Origin: Eledone cirrhosa
Taxonomy: Eukaryota
Direction: 5' to 3'
Length of the DNA stretch: 64,000 nucleotides
Assembly (NCBI GenBank): GCA_964016885.1
Contig: OZ024740.1
Location: 335,296,001 to 335,360,000 of the forward strand
Shown here: piece after piece, positions 42,263-57,572 of the stretch
Position numbering within the stretch: the stretch's first letter is position 1
Layout: each line of letters begins with the position of its first letter
Position numbers and translations under genes: made by a program
The notes under the pieces: generated by a model
The model's database searches: none
What the model saw: the letters and a program-made list of their open reading frames with translations, nothing else
Told to the model about the DNA's origin: nothing

Positions 42263-42860
42263 AGTGGCTACCAACTCGTATTCGAGTACGGCCACTACTT
42301 TATATCCATGTAGGAGAACCCTTACCGATGCGCTGAACGAATGTGACATTTTTTTAGTCCAGCCAGCGACTTAAAAACTCTGGTACAAACAATTATTGAC
42401 ACATAGTGCAGGGACCATGGTACCGTGTGGTGACCAGTGCAAAGAGATCTCCAGATATAAAGCAATGACTGTGCCGTGAAGATTTTATAGTGAGCAAAGG
42501 CACTGCACAAAGCCAGTCCCACTCTCTTAACCAAGATGATATTTACCAAAAAGAAGAACAAGTCAACATTATTGGATACCATCAGGGTTGCAGGTGTTAT
42601 ATCAGAGTTTTCCGTCTCCTAGAATTCTGCCTTGACAAAAGGTAAGGGGTCATCTCTCCGGGTAATTTTGGATGGCCATTGACTCTTAAGAGCTCCTTTT
42701 CCCTTTGACAGGTTTTGTTTTTAGTCCTGTAGGATGTCCAAAGTCACCCTCCTTACCAAGAAACCTTGGTGGGGTTGCCAGTTTAGTCGCCAACGATCCG
42801 ACCATGAGACAGGTTGTACTGGGATACATGTTACCAGTAGCACCAACTGGTAACCTTACA
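42263..42860 (-). mobile_element. Non-autonomous RTE-derived element, second copy
   Basis: Colinear with 12038-12610 along its full length. Confidence 0.75.
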
Positions 42861-43871
42861 TATATACATACATGCATACTTACACACACGCACATTCATA
42901 TATATATATAATAATAAAATGTGGATATATATATATATATACTCATACACGCACATATATCTGTAAGTTTGAGTGTTTGTGTGTGTCCATACATACTTAA
43001 CTGCATGCATCAAAAATGTATACACACATTGAAACACAAACGCAGACATACTTATGCATCATATATATATATAAATGCAAATATCTATAAATATTTGCAT
43101 TTATATATGAGTGTGTGAGTGTGTGTATTTACCTATTTTACTTATGCATATATGTGTACATTCGTACGCATATATGCATACATGCATAGGCACAGTTACA
43201 CACGTTTACATAGTTACATTCATACATCAAAACACCATACTCATCGACAAAATGTATTGACAACATGCAAGATTATGGAAATAGATAAAACCCATTTTCG
43301 TAGATATACATATATATATATATATATATAAATTTGAGAAAATGAAAACTGAATAGTAGTACATGGCAAAACAGGAAACTTAATATAGACATATACATGC
43401 ATAGATGTATACACATATACATAGGTACATACATACAGACATACAAACATTCATATAATCATTCATACATATATACATAATACATGCATACAACATACAT
43501 ACATCCGTCCATACATACAACATACATACATACATACATACATACATACATACATACATACATACATACATACAGTCATACATATTCCTATTGAACATTT
43601 AAGTTTTCAAAGATCAAAGCATGGCTGACAATAAGTTTAACGTGAGTTCCCTTCAGAAGTTGAATTTTCTCAAGAAAACGGTGGAGAGAACAATAGAAAC
43701 TGATTTGGGGCTGGCGTTCTTTGCCATCTTCTTATATTTATTGAAAGTGAATTTGGTGAAATGAAGAAACGCATGAAATGGTGTTTAATCGTTTGATGTC
43801 TACATGAAAATAGAGAATGTGATAATGGCGGACATGTAACTAGTAAATACGTCCATGTCAGGTGTGCAACG

Positions 43872-44222
<351 letters not shown>

Positions 44223-44623
44223 GTATGTGCGTGTGTGTTCGTATATATATAGCTATTTCTAAATGTGCTTTGTTACCAACCAACATAGTGTACTTACACG
44301 AACACACACACACACATACTATATATGTATAATATATATATATATATAGTGAGATGAAAAGAGATGTCTGTGTGTGTATAAGAGAGAGCATGATATAGTT
44401 TATAAAATTTGTAAATAAATACAAGTGATATGGATATATATATATCTGAAAATAGAAATATATATGTAGATAAATAGATACAGTTCAATTATCATATTGA
44501 TCGTCTATGAGTTCGTTAGCCAGCCCCATATAACACATATATGTATGTGTAAGCGTGTGCGTGCATGTGAGCATGTATGTGTGTGTATATATACTCAACA
44601 TATAACATAAATACACACACACT

Positions 44624-44707
<84 letters not shown>

Positions 44708-45159
44708 TATAACATGAGGTTTGTGTTTGTGTGTGTGCACATATGCTCATAGATATCTAGATTTCTGTTGCATATGTAAGCTTTCGCATTTTATTTTACA
44801 GAACTGTGTTTGTATGGGTGTATGTGTTTTTATATATGTTTGTTTGTTGTTTACGTGTTTGTGTGTGTAAATGTGTGTGAGTTGGTGTATATGTGTGTTT
44901 GAGTGTATGTGTATATGTGTGTATAAGTGTGTGTGTGTATTTCTGTGTAGTATTAATGATCTGTATTTGCTCACATATGTTCCACTTTCAAATATGTTAA
45001 GGACACAGAGAAAAACACAAACATCACATCACAAACAGCCCACCTAACGGAATGTTGTTTTTTTTTTGTTTGTTTCTTCTCCCTTGTTACTATATCACAT
45101 GTTTTACAAAAACGTGTAATTTCGGATCGAACTGAATGATTACAGTGACGGAATAGCGG

Positions 45160-45372
45160 TTTCTGATTTTGGTATAAGGCCAACAATTTTGAGACAGAAG
45201 ACATTCGATTAAATTGACCCCAGTGCGTTACTGGTATTTTATTTTTTCGACCCTGTAAGCTTTGAAAGGCAAAACTAACCTCGGTGGGATTTAAACACAA
45301 CACAATGAGATGTAACTATATGCCGCAAAACTTGTTGTCCGACGCTCTCCCGAATCTGCCAATCCATTGCCC
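45160..45372 (-). mobile_element. Nin/Deu SINE (diverged)
   Basis: CTGGTATTTTATTTTTCGACCCTGTAAG..GAAAGGCAAAACTAACCTCGGTGGGATTT...CTGCCAATCCA; a further degenerate copy lies at ~46670-46780. Confidence 0.75.
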
Positions 45373-47172
45373 TCCTATGACAGAATATCGAATGATATTT
45401 TATCGAATGATATTTTATCAGATGCGTGGACTGAGGGGAGAGGGAGATGTGTAATCACCGACGTTAGTGCAGCCTTTAAATGTGAAATCTCGGACTCCAC
45501 TTTCCAATGTGCCTTTCAATATTTGAGATGGAAGGACGGAATTTGAGGGGAATATGGGTGCTATTTCTAGTAGCTCGAGTGACCACATAGATACTTATTG
45601 AAGGTTTTCTATTGTTGTTCGCATTTAATCCTAGGTTAGCCATGATAAATCAGATTTATTATGAATAGCGTTTAATTTGCAATATTTCTTTCCTTCGCAT
45701 TTGCCTAATGAAGTCGTCATTATATTAGAAGAAAGGGATTAATTTTAGGAAGATAGGGCTGTTATTTGTAGAAACTCGAGTGACCACATAATCGCGCACT
45801 GGTTAAAGTTGTAGAAACTACCAAATTGGATAGTGGATTCAGATTTTTTCAAAGACCAGATTAGCCTTAATCTAACATATCTATGGTCAACTATATTTCA
45901 TTCATGGCCATATTTTCTTTACTTTATGAGTAATATATCTAGTCAACATCATACGGCTTTTTCGAAAAGACTAGATTTTAATTTCAGAGAAATGTCGCTG
46001 CTAATTAGTGGGAAACGAGCAACAATATAGACGCTGCTCCATTGAATTTCCCGCTGTAGCAACATGCTAATGACTTGGATCAGATGCCCGATCGTTTATC
46101 TCTATGATTAACTACACTTTGGGAAGCAAAGTTGACTACCATCAGATCAATAAATGCAGGACATGTCTTCCTACATTTGTAATCGAATGGAACGGGTAAA
46201 TAGCAAAATGTATGACTTTCCTTCAAAACATGAATCCACTATGCGGTTTAACACTAGGCTCTGTCTATTAAGTAGCATGCTATTTGGGTGTTTGCGCCAG
46301 ATGATTGATCTGAGGAGGGCGTGCTACAAGCAATCACCGTGACTAAACCATGAATTGAAATCGCGTCTCTAGCATGATTGACATGACCGACTGTAAGCGA
46401 CAGTAACCGACGTTTTTCACTCGCCATTAAACTGGCAGTTTATCATTGTACGTTATAAAACCCTGGAAAGACTCAAGTATATGTTTATAATTAATCTACT
46501 AAACCCCAAATAATTAAAACAAACTGAGAGGATTTGTTCACTTTTTATTTCCAGTTAAAATATCCCGATGAAACTCGATATCTACTGCGAGAATATTAAT
46601 TACTAAACTTCACAAATTTCACGGCGACTGTTTAGTCACTTAAATAGAGACATGTATCTGATTAGATTATTTTGTCGAACCTAGAAGAAGGAAAGGCAGA
46701 GTTGATATGGGTAGGATGGAACGTCAGAACTAAACTACAAACGGCAAGGTATTTGACCGTCGGTAACGAATCAGGCAGCCCAGCACACTCATGAGTAACA
46801 ATAACAACAATAGCAGACTTGCCAAATAATAGAAAATATAATGGGGAATATATGTATGAGTGATTCAAATAGTTATCCTGACTCTTCCAGAATATATTTT
46901 TTCACTTTCAACACATGATGTGAGAACAAGAAATTTGCCAACAATATTAAATATTTTAAGCGTTAAACAATCTCTGCCAATTCAATGCCAATTCTTCTCC
47001 CAAAAGAAATGCTAATTATTACCGTCTGAATGCACAAACACACGCACAGAACACACACCGTATGCTTGCATACATACATACTTACATACATACATCCACA
47101 CATACATTCACACATACATTCACACTTACATATATAGATACACCTCTCTCTCTATATATCTATCTATCTCTA

Positions 47173-47226
<54 letters not shown>

Positions 47227-48911
47227 CAGAAGATGAGAGTGGGACTTACCAGCTGAGACTAGTAAGGTCATTGTTTAGCTTAGTACTCGATACGTAAGAA
47301 AGTAGAGTGTAGGTATTGCAATGATTCATACAAGGCAATGATTCAAGATTCAATTCGCAACAGTTTCGCCCTTACCGATTCGACTGCAAGTAACTCAATC
47401 TTCACCGAAACGACAAGAGCTCATTACGGTTTATATATAATTACATCTTAAAGAAGATACCTTAGCTGAATATATCTTTGGTCAGAATGTATTGATGTCA
47501 TAAGACGTCAAGCAACGTTCATTGCGTGTTTTGATCTTTAACTGCTACATCCTCTTGCTGGTGGGTCACCTATCATGGCCAAATCACTACCTATCTATTC
47601 CTCATGGTTTATCTTCTCTTTCTTTCTCTATAACCAGCGAGAGGCTTTTATTCTGCCTCTGCGTTCAATACTTTCATTACAAGATTTCTAATATAACGCA
47701 CAGCCTTTCATTTCCAAATCATTTTGAAAATAATTAGGAATTAAGATCGATTTTGTAATATATATTTCTTCTCATTCTTTCGTTATTGTTTGGAATATTA
47801 CTTAAAGTTTCCTACATAAAATAATGATGGCAGGTATTTAGGTAAAAATAAACACTTTAAAATTGACACCTTTCTACCGTAGAGTCAGGTGCCATTTCAG
47901 GCAGAATGGGTATCAACTGTGTTAATGAAAATCTACACCAATAAATTTATTACATGAGAGAAATATATAATTGAAACCAGTTAATCTGAGATGAAACGTT
48001 TCGCAATCTCGTATTTCGCTACAAAGTTAAAAGTTTTATTACCGAAATTCAAATCTGAATGAAAAGTAAATAATTTCCAGAGTAAACGTATATACATGTG
48101 TATCACACGCTCTCTCTTCCCTTCTCTCTCACTCCCTCTCAGTCTCTCTTTATATATATATATATATACGTACATATATGTACATACATATATACATACA
48201 TATATATACATATATATATGTATGTATGTATGTGTTGATGCATTTATATATACTCACACAAATATAAATATATATATATATATATGAATCATTACTTAAT
48301 TACTTTTTATTACATTCGGATTCCTTTGCTGGGAGTCAAGATATATTAAGAATATTAAAAGTATTTCAGCAAGTTAATTTTCTTAAGTGCCTTCAATTTC
48401 ATCACTATCTTCATTCATTCATTTAAGCCACTAACTATCGGGACCATTTTAATATTACCACGGACCATATTTCACGTTATAGTTAGCCATTTTTATCTTA
48501 CCTGTTATTTTCCTTAGCTGCTACTCTTTATCTTATTATGTATTCGTTTAATATTCTTATATATGAGATGTTAAACATGATGTTTACATGTTGGACATGA
48601 TATGAACATAATACACACATATGTCCTCTCCTCACTTATCCACCCCCACTCCAACGTCTCTATTCATATAGACGCGTATCTGTTTGGCAATCATAACCAC
48701 TCAACATCACTACCCCTCCCCCCCCCCCTCCGCCCCCACCTCCAAACCTGTATCTAATAATTTAGATGTTGGCACTATATATTTCTGCTTGGTTCAGCAG
48801 ACCTTCATTGATCATTCCATTAGATGCAATAATGTTGCGCTATAATGGACTGGCAGAACAGAAATACTTGCCGGAGAATTGGCAAAATTGATTCCATCAC
48901 CACACTTTCAT

Positions 48912-49028
<117 letters not shown>

Positions 49029-49145
49029 GTGTGTGTGTATGTATTTATCTACGTACACTTTACAAATCTCTATTCCTACAATAGCACCCTTTATCTACTG
49101 CATTTTTGTATGTATATATATATGTAATTAAGTTTGTATATATGA

Positions 49146-49253
<108 letters not shown>

Positions 49254-49850
49254 TAATATATATATAAATATAAATATAGATATAGTTATGCACAAAAACA
49301 CAGATGTAAGTAATTATGATGAACGGTTACATCTTCATTAGAACGTAGCTGTAAATGGTTTATGTATATAAACACACGTATATATACATATCTATATATA
49401 CTTGTGCACATATATACTTGTGCACACATATACTTGTGCACACAAACTCACATAATTAATATGTATACAAACACTTACATGTTGTTAAAGGAGGGTGTCG
49501 TGGTGTGGGTAGGATGTATATTACATAATTTCACAGATAGGATGTACCCCACGTCATACTCCCTACGACGAATATTAAACTAATATATCCAATTCGATTT
49601 TCTATAGTATATTCCAATTTCTATCTCCTGCCCATAGATATTGCTGGTTTTATATAATTAATTCCTGGTATCCTATTGAGCAATTTCGGTATAAATTATT
49701 TCTTTTTGTTGTCTGAAATCTATGAGTATCCAATATCCCCTAAACCCATATGACTGGCAAAACCAAGGGGTGGAATTGCCGTCGCATGGCCTCAATCAAG
49801 TAAATGTATATATATATAGTGGTACGAACTATATATATATATATATATAA

Positions 49851-50040
49851 GAGGAAGCTTAGTAAAATCGAAGCTTTGGCTATGGGCAAGCAAAGTCGAC
49901 CTACAATAGGAATGAGTTAGCAAAGCACTTAATAAGGGTAGGTCCTGAGAGTAATAACATACGTTTAAATAGCTTGACAATTTGGACATTGCGGTAGACA
50001 AAACCCAACCACACAATACCAAAGTAATGAAAGAACTAAC
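49851..50040 (-). mobile_element. Family D: TA-flanked element end; inverted homologue at ~51990-52186
   Basis: Shares an exact 32-nt block and flanking similarity with the reverse complement of 51990-52186; both copies abut (TA)n. Confidence 0.65.
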
Positions 50041-50110
50041 ATATGTATATGTGTATGTGTTTGTATATATGTATGTACATGCATATATAAATAAGCCCCC
50101 ATATATATAT

Positions 50111-50205
<95 letters not shown>

Positions 50206-50273
50206 CATAGATACATATATATTGTATATGTGTGAGTATACATATATATATTTATATATATATATATATATAT

Positions 50274-50470
50274 ATAGGAACAAGTAAGACCCCGACGGCT
50301 GAGCTCAAGCCGTTTCGACGGCTAATTCTGTACTCAGTACTCAGTACAGAATTAGCCGTCGAAACGGCTTGAGCTCAGCCGTCGGGGTCTTACTTGTTCC
50401 TATTACCCACTCTACTACTGAGTACTTTGGTGCGTTATGGTCCACCTGGTTCCTTACCACATTTCCTTCG

Positions 50471-50472
<2 letters not shown>
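50274..50472 (+). mobile_element. Family A (subfamily A1) truncated fold-back copy
   Basis: 61-bp arms 50274-50334 / 50343-50403 with an 8-bp spacer; tail 50404-50472 matches 60598-60674 apart from a 9-bp deletion; (TA)n on both sides. Confidence 0.9.
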
Positions 50473-50532
<60 letters not shown>

Positions 50533-50765
50533 TATATGTGTTGTGTGTGTGTGATGTGTGTGTATATATATTGTTTCACTATTTCTGTATAGCAACTGAT
50601 CTACTTTGGTCATCACGCTGCGCTGGAATTTCGGATGGACGTTTCCTCTTCTTACTATCAATGAAACAAAATCATGAGGAATGAGGAGTCGAATGGCGGA
50701 AGCGTCCGTTTGTATTTTTGTCCTGTCTTGCATATGACATATACATACAAACATACTTATGTATG

Positions 50766-50799
<34 letters not shown>

Positions 50800-50929
50800 T
50801 GTATGTATGTATGTATTTATGTATGTCTCTATGCATGTATGTAAATGTGTGTGTGAGGATATATACATTCATACATATATATATATATGTATGTATGTAT
50901 ATATATAAATATATGTAAATATATATATG

Positions 50930-51016
<87 letters not shown>

Positions 51017-51424
51017 GTGTGTGTGCAGATACACACACATTCTCTCACACACACACTTGAAATGATGCTTTAGCTCTCCTAATTTTAATGTTTTTCTTAT
51101 AAACATATTGTTGTTTTCGTTTCTGCTGCAGTTGCTGATGTTGTTAATGCTGTTGATGTTCTTGTCAAAAAACTGCTCCATCTCCTTATAACATATTAAT
51201 AGAGATGGAACAATTTTATGTACACCAAAACATCTTGTTAGCAACCATTTCCGCTTTAATCTGTTCACAGTTGGAGATTTTGAATGAATATATCTTTAAG
51301 GAAAATATTTCTCCTAAACACATTCTGCTCTGATTCCTGAATCACATTTATGGAGCCACACTTACACATGTACACGGAAACAGTCACACACACACACATG
51401 CGCATATATATGTATATAAATACA

Positions 51425-51461
<37 letters not shown>

Positions 51462-51474
51462 TAGATAGATATAG

Positions 51475-51536
<62 letters not shown>

Positions 51537-51763
51537 GTAGATAGATTGATAGATAAATAGATAGAAAATAGAGAAAGAGAGGGAGAGAGAGAGAGAGCGA
51601 AAGATGTATATATGTATGTATTTATGAGTTTGTATGTAGATAGTGTCATACCTATTCCCAAACACCTCACAGATGTGCATATACATATTGAACCTTTTCA
51701 ATAAAATGTAATATGTGCACTTTGATATAAAATATGTGTGCAGTTACCTGTATATGCAATCTA

Positions 51764-51799
<36 letters not shown>

Positions 51800-51805
51800 T
51801 CTCTC

Positions 51806-51868
<63 letters not shown>

Positions 51869-52183
51869 CCGTTAGATCACCAACACCATGAGCTTGCCAT
51901 TCACGTAAGTCTGATATTTGATTTCGGATTCAAAGAAGCACTTTAAACGATTGTTCGTTTGATTTGTCCAGGTGTACTTTTCTCAACCTGATTAGTTCTA
52001 TCGCTGCTTTAGTATATATTGTGTGTTAGTTTCGCCTACCACAATGTTCGATTTGTCAAGCTATTTAAACGTATGTTATTACTCTGAGGTCCTATCTTAT
52101 CGAGTGGTTTGCTAACTCATCATTTCACATAAGTAGGCCGAATTTACTTGCAAACCGCCAGAGATTCGATTTTACCAATTTCC

Positions 52184-52272
<89 letters not shown>

Positions 52273-52779
52273 GAGAGTGAGAGAGTGAGAGAGAGAAACA
52301 AAGACAGAGAGAGAAAGAGGGGTACATAGATAGATAGTTATTATGTAGGTATTATGCATTTCAGTCTCTTACTGGGGATTGTAGCTGCATGTGGCTATTT
52401 CTGGTTCGTTTGGGTAAGGTCTGATACTACTATAACCGCAGATACTGACTATTCTGTTTACAAATATATTGCTATGTATATATGAGAGAAAATATTTCGC
52501 ATTTGGTGCTATTTGCGTTATGCCATTCTTCATTCAGTAGATTTTTTTTATCAAACGCCATTTCGCAAAGAACATCCATACATCTGTTCAAACAAGGTTT
52601 AAACTATTACTTACTTTATCCAACGTGTATTTCACATTTTTTCTAAATTATATCATTATTTGAGGGAGATGTAGCTGTCCTATCTAACAGAAAGGACAGT
52701 ATTTTGGAATACATTAGCTCTTATTGCTTTCGATTTTAATGTAATTGATTTCAATTTTCTTACAACCCTTGGTTCAAAA

Positions 52780-52900
52780 TGTTACTGTGTGGCCAAGTGA
52801 TTAAGAATTTCGTTTCTTAACTACATTTATTCCAGTTTCAATCTCACTGTCATTTTGGAGAAGTATCTTCATTTATAGCCCTACATTGAACAAAGCATAC
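52780..52900 (+). mobile_element. Degenerate tRNA/CORE SINE
   Basis: TGTGGCCAAGTGATTAAG A-box-like start, followed by AAGTATCTTC..TATAGCCC. Confidence 0.45.
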
Positions 52901-53715
52901 AATTTGCTTGACTTATTTTGTGTGGATACCTGTCTGAAGAGCTAGCCCAGTTCTTTAATGGTACACTTAAGACGTCACCAAGTTTAATATTATGAACTCG
53001 TTCTTAAAGACTTTTAACGGAAACTACTCTGTTTCAAAGAAAACAGACAAGGTTGTTTTTTTTCGAAATCATGAAATATAGCTCTTCTTCTGTGGCAGAT
53101 GCATTACGAGAGAAAACGTAACTTACTCAATAGCACTGAGATGTTTAGAAACTCAGAATAACTATATCTAACTTCCTAAGAAATTAGAATTTATAGAAAA
53201 AACACAAAAAACAACAACGTTGAACAGAAAATATATTTCTCCTATATCCTAGGGTATAATATATAAAATGTATCTTCCTAGGTTCAGCAGTTACACAGAT
53301 GGCAGGCGGAAAATCAAATATAAATGAAGCTAAAACCGAAACAAAATGGGTGGTACATAACGTGCTAAGATTTTCCTTCCTTTCTGCTATAGATTTTGGA
53401 AATGAAGTCATAAACGTAAATAACAATATTCAAATTATTGTAGCAAAAGTATTTCATTCAAAAGATGCAAAGGGAATGTATTCTTGCAACAGACAATCAA
53501 AAATAAAACATTTAACATTTTTCGATGAAACTTAACAGTCCTTTGAAAGAGTCTAATTAATTAAGACGAAGACATTAATTAACGGGTTGAAATTATTGAT
53601 CTACGTAAGAAATCATTAGTGAGGTTGTAAGTACAGTGAATTCCATCTACAACGTGTACAGACACATTTGGTTCCTATTAATGCCATGCTTGCGGCTACA
53701 TCTGATTTTGTACTG

Positions 53716-53716
<1 letters not shown>

Positions 53717-53793
<77 letters not shown>
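53717..53793. repeat. (ACT)n microsatellite
   Basis: Directly visible. Confidence 0.95.
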
Positions 53794-53794
<1 letters not shown>

Positions 53795-54092
53795 CTCCTA
53801 CTACAACTACTAAATTTACTTTCCAATTTGTAATATCGATCCTACGTTGGCCACTAAAGTGGGCAATCTTTTCCTACACATTCAAAATGTATTTTCAGTT
53901 ATTTTTATGCTTTTCACAGACAAATGTACACACACAAGCACAAACCTGAACGCTCGTACACCCACATCCACGCATATGAACACACACACAAACACATATA
54001 TATATATATGTATATGAATATGTACATATATAAACCTTTATCTACATCTATCTCTCTCTCTTTCTATATATATATATATATCATTGGGGGTG

Positions 54093-54129
<37 letters not shown>

Positions 54130-54134
<5 letters not shown>

Positions 54135-55106
54135 GTGGTTACACAACAGTTAGTTCACCATACCGAGAACAATTGTTTCACCTTCGCGGATCTTCAGCTG
54201 GGGATGTGTATGGTTATAGGAACAGGAAGGACAACTGTACGAACGCGCATGCGCAGAAACTCGGTCACTTCACACAGGCAATACTAGACTGCGTGCGGGA
54301 GGTGTAAGGGAGATAACTGCGACAGTCCGGAAAGTTTTTAGGTTGAAAATAAAATAAAAAACTTAAAAAATAAAATTACAAAGAATCAGTCCGGAGCATT
54401 GTGGTTCTGCAATAGATGTTTGGTGACGTATGGACAACGTGTGAAAAATTCACTTCTCGTGTTTAGGCAATCACTATTGCGTAATCTCTTTAGGATAGTT
54501 ATTCGTTCGTCAATACATTAGCCACACGTCGGATTTCCCCCGTAATTTTGCCGTCGAAAGCTAGGGCTCGCCATCTTAAGCGTCTGACGACATCTTACGC
54601 TTTTTATAGGAGGAGCTTTTGGTAAACATGGTTGGAGGGAGTTGGAATGTTCTTCAGGGAGTAATTCAGTTCGTATAATCCTAAATAGACTACGCAATAG
54701 TGATTGCCTAAACACGAGAAGTGAATTTTTCACACGTTGTCCACACGTCACCAAACATCTATTGCATAACTACAAGGCTCCGGACTGATTCTTTGTAATT
54801 TTATTCTTTAAGTTTTTTATTTTATTTTCAACCTAAAAACTTTCCGGACTTTCGCAGTTATCTCCCTTACACCTCCCGCACGCAGTCTAGTATTGCCTGT
54901 GTGAAGTGACCGAGTTTCTGCGCATCCGCGTTCGTACGGTTGTCCTTCCTGTTCCTATAACCATACACATCCCGAGCTGAAGATCCGCGAAGGTGAAACA
55001 ATTGTTCTCGGTATGGTGAACTAACTGTTGTGTAACCACTTCTACCTAACTCGTCCTTTGGACTGAGTGCTCTACCACTACGGATATTACCTTCCAGTGT
55101 TCCACC

Positions 55107-55110
<4 letters not shown>
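54130..55110 (+). mobile_element. Family E fold-back hammerhead element
   Basis: 367-bp near-identical inverted arms 54130-54496 / 54678-55044, 181-bp spacer, 66-nt tail 55045-55110, (TA)n on both sides. Confidence 0.9.
54960..55017 (+). ncRNA. Minimal type I hammerhead (PLE type, palindromic helix III)
   Basis: ACCATA..CCGAG-CTGAAGA-TCCGCGAAGGT-GAAA-CAATTG-TT-CTCGG-TATGGT; the copy on the - strand at ~54157-54214 has one helix I mismatch. Confidence 0.85.
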
Positions 55111-55154
<44 letters not shown>

Positions 55155-57370
55155 GATACACAAGTTGTTTCAGGTGGTGGGTTACCAATGTTAAAAAAGG
55201 CATTCAATACATTGGTTGAATATAAGCATATTTATTATATATAGAAATGATAACTACAGTTTGATTCACATGAAATCATCAACTCTTCTAGTCTTGTAGA
55301 AGCGATTTGAATATAAAATTCAGTCAGACGCACACACACAGACACATACACACACACAGACACGCACACACAAACACACGCATACACACACATACATATA
55401 TATATATAGTCAAAACGTTGGAAGCCGAATATATTAAATTATTTTCCCTTTGAGTTTCCATGTTTCGTGTACATCTGTTGGATATCACCTGCGTGTCGGA
55501 TCGTATCACCTCCCGTATCGTGACGAAACATCAAAAATAAACCATTTAAATAACCATTACAGACACCTGATTAAGCAACAAGATCACAGCCAAGGGCATG
55601 GGGGGGGGGGTTTAGATCAGCAGGCAAGAAAATTTTGTTCTGTGAATGTTTGATGTTTCAACACATTGTAACAGGTTTTGCCCATCAAGATTAACACGGA
55701 AAATACAATTTTAATACGAAAACACTACTAATATATATTCGTGTTAAAATGCACTGGTCGGAGTGCAAGTGCGCAGGTGAGCGTAAGTAATCTTTAAAAT
55801 AATTTTGGTATTTGTGAATGGTGATTTCCTTGCCATAAGTCAGCTTCCACCGACAGATATCTATTGTATCCCAACGATTTAGACTGACTACACACATATC
55901 TGCGTCTAAGTGAATATATATAAATGTACTGCTATGCGTGCACGTATGATCATCCTCACGAATGTCTGTATATACGATATCGTAATACCAGTCGTTTTGT
56001 ATCATAATTCAGTCCCCGCTTACCTTCATGTATTCAGTATAAAACATAATACCTACAATGCATGTAATTATGTAATACATGTAAGTATTTATGTATGTAT
56101 GTATGTATGGTCCTGTGACTCCTGATAGAGTCTATGGGCGCCGTACGGAGCCCACCCGTCTCCAGGCCTGAGTACAGCAGATTTCTTCCAGAGAAAGACA
56201 AAGATAGAAAGCGACCTCGAAAGGATGAATTTTGAGAGCAGCTCAATGTAAGCTGCTATAGCGCAGATTCGATTATAGAATAATCAAATGTTATGATAGT
56301 TTAACTTGACTCATAATGTTGTCCGTGAATTATGTAAAGTCAATCGTTGTTAAATACATAATACTTTACAATTGAGCTACTATCGAATAAGTTCTTATTC
56401 AATACATGGTTGAGAGATAATTCTATGAGACAACCTACTTTATGCTACATTAACCGAAATAAATAATCATCTTGTACTGAGTTTAGCTGCAACCAATGCA
56501 TAACTATTGTATTTCTGCTACTCCTGCAAGTGAATTTGTTTTCTATTGGTTACATGTAAGTGCTTTCTTGCACAACGTATTGTACACGGCTTATATCTAG
56601 GTTTTCTGTTCATTATAACCATGAGTTAAATTGAAGTTTATTCGATGATGTTTTATCTGATTTTAAACACTTGTCTTTTGATTCATTAAAATATTAAGAA
56701 TAACAGGTAATATTTTCTCATAATCAATTTAACAAACTCTCAAAAGCAACTATTGCAATTTACTCGCAATTCGTAAAAGAAATCTAAAACTAACACGAAA
56801 TTCACTTAATAATTCTGTACAAATCATAGAATCAATCACACTCAAACACTGATGTGCTGCTAAATGTGTACTGAGGTATTCTATCGCCGACCATACATAT
56901 TCCATCATCGTTAATCAACTTTCTAACTCGTGAAAACAAAGTTATTTATTCTTTCCTGTACTACGTACAAAAATATACATCAAACTACTGTTTACAAAAC
57001 CAAGGTTGTATGTTAGAGAATTTCTTTCGTTGAGCAAATTCCTATTCCAGATTGAAGTAACTGAAGCCCATGAAGTACTTGAAGCATTATTTAACAAATA
57101 TCCATTCATCATAAGAACTAAGACACCTTATTTCGTGAATGCTACGTGAGAAAACAGAGCAACTTAACTCTAATATAGAAACAAAAACAACAACAAAACA
57201 ATATAATCATAAATAAACCACAAATGTTCTAACAACAAAATTACACAAATACGTACCTGCACTTATTGATTGTTTAGTCAACCACGTTTGCACAAATTAA
57301 ATAAACACATTAAATGCCTACAAGAGACATTGTCACATACACCTGACTTCTTATAATCAAACAGTCAACA

Positions 57371-57572
<202 letters not shown>

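Noticed and set aside
51910-51960. Hammerhead-like fragments here and at ~58990-59045, ~55255-55305 and 95-190
   Set aside because: Core nucleotides or helices are too degenerate to call by eye
56109-56234. GC-rich stretch reading ...PEYSRFLPEKDKDRKRPRKDEF*
   Set aside because: Too short, no convincing splice context or family match; needs BLASTX
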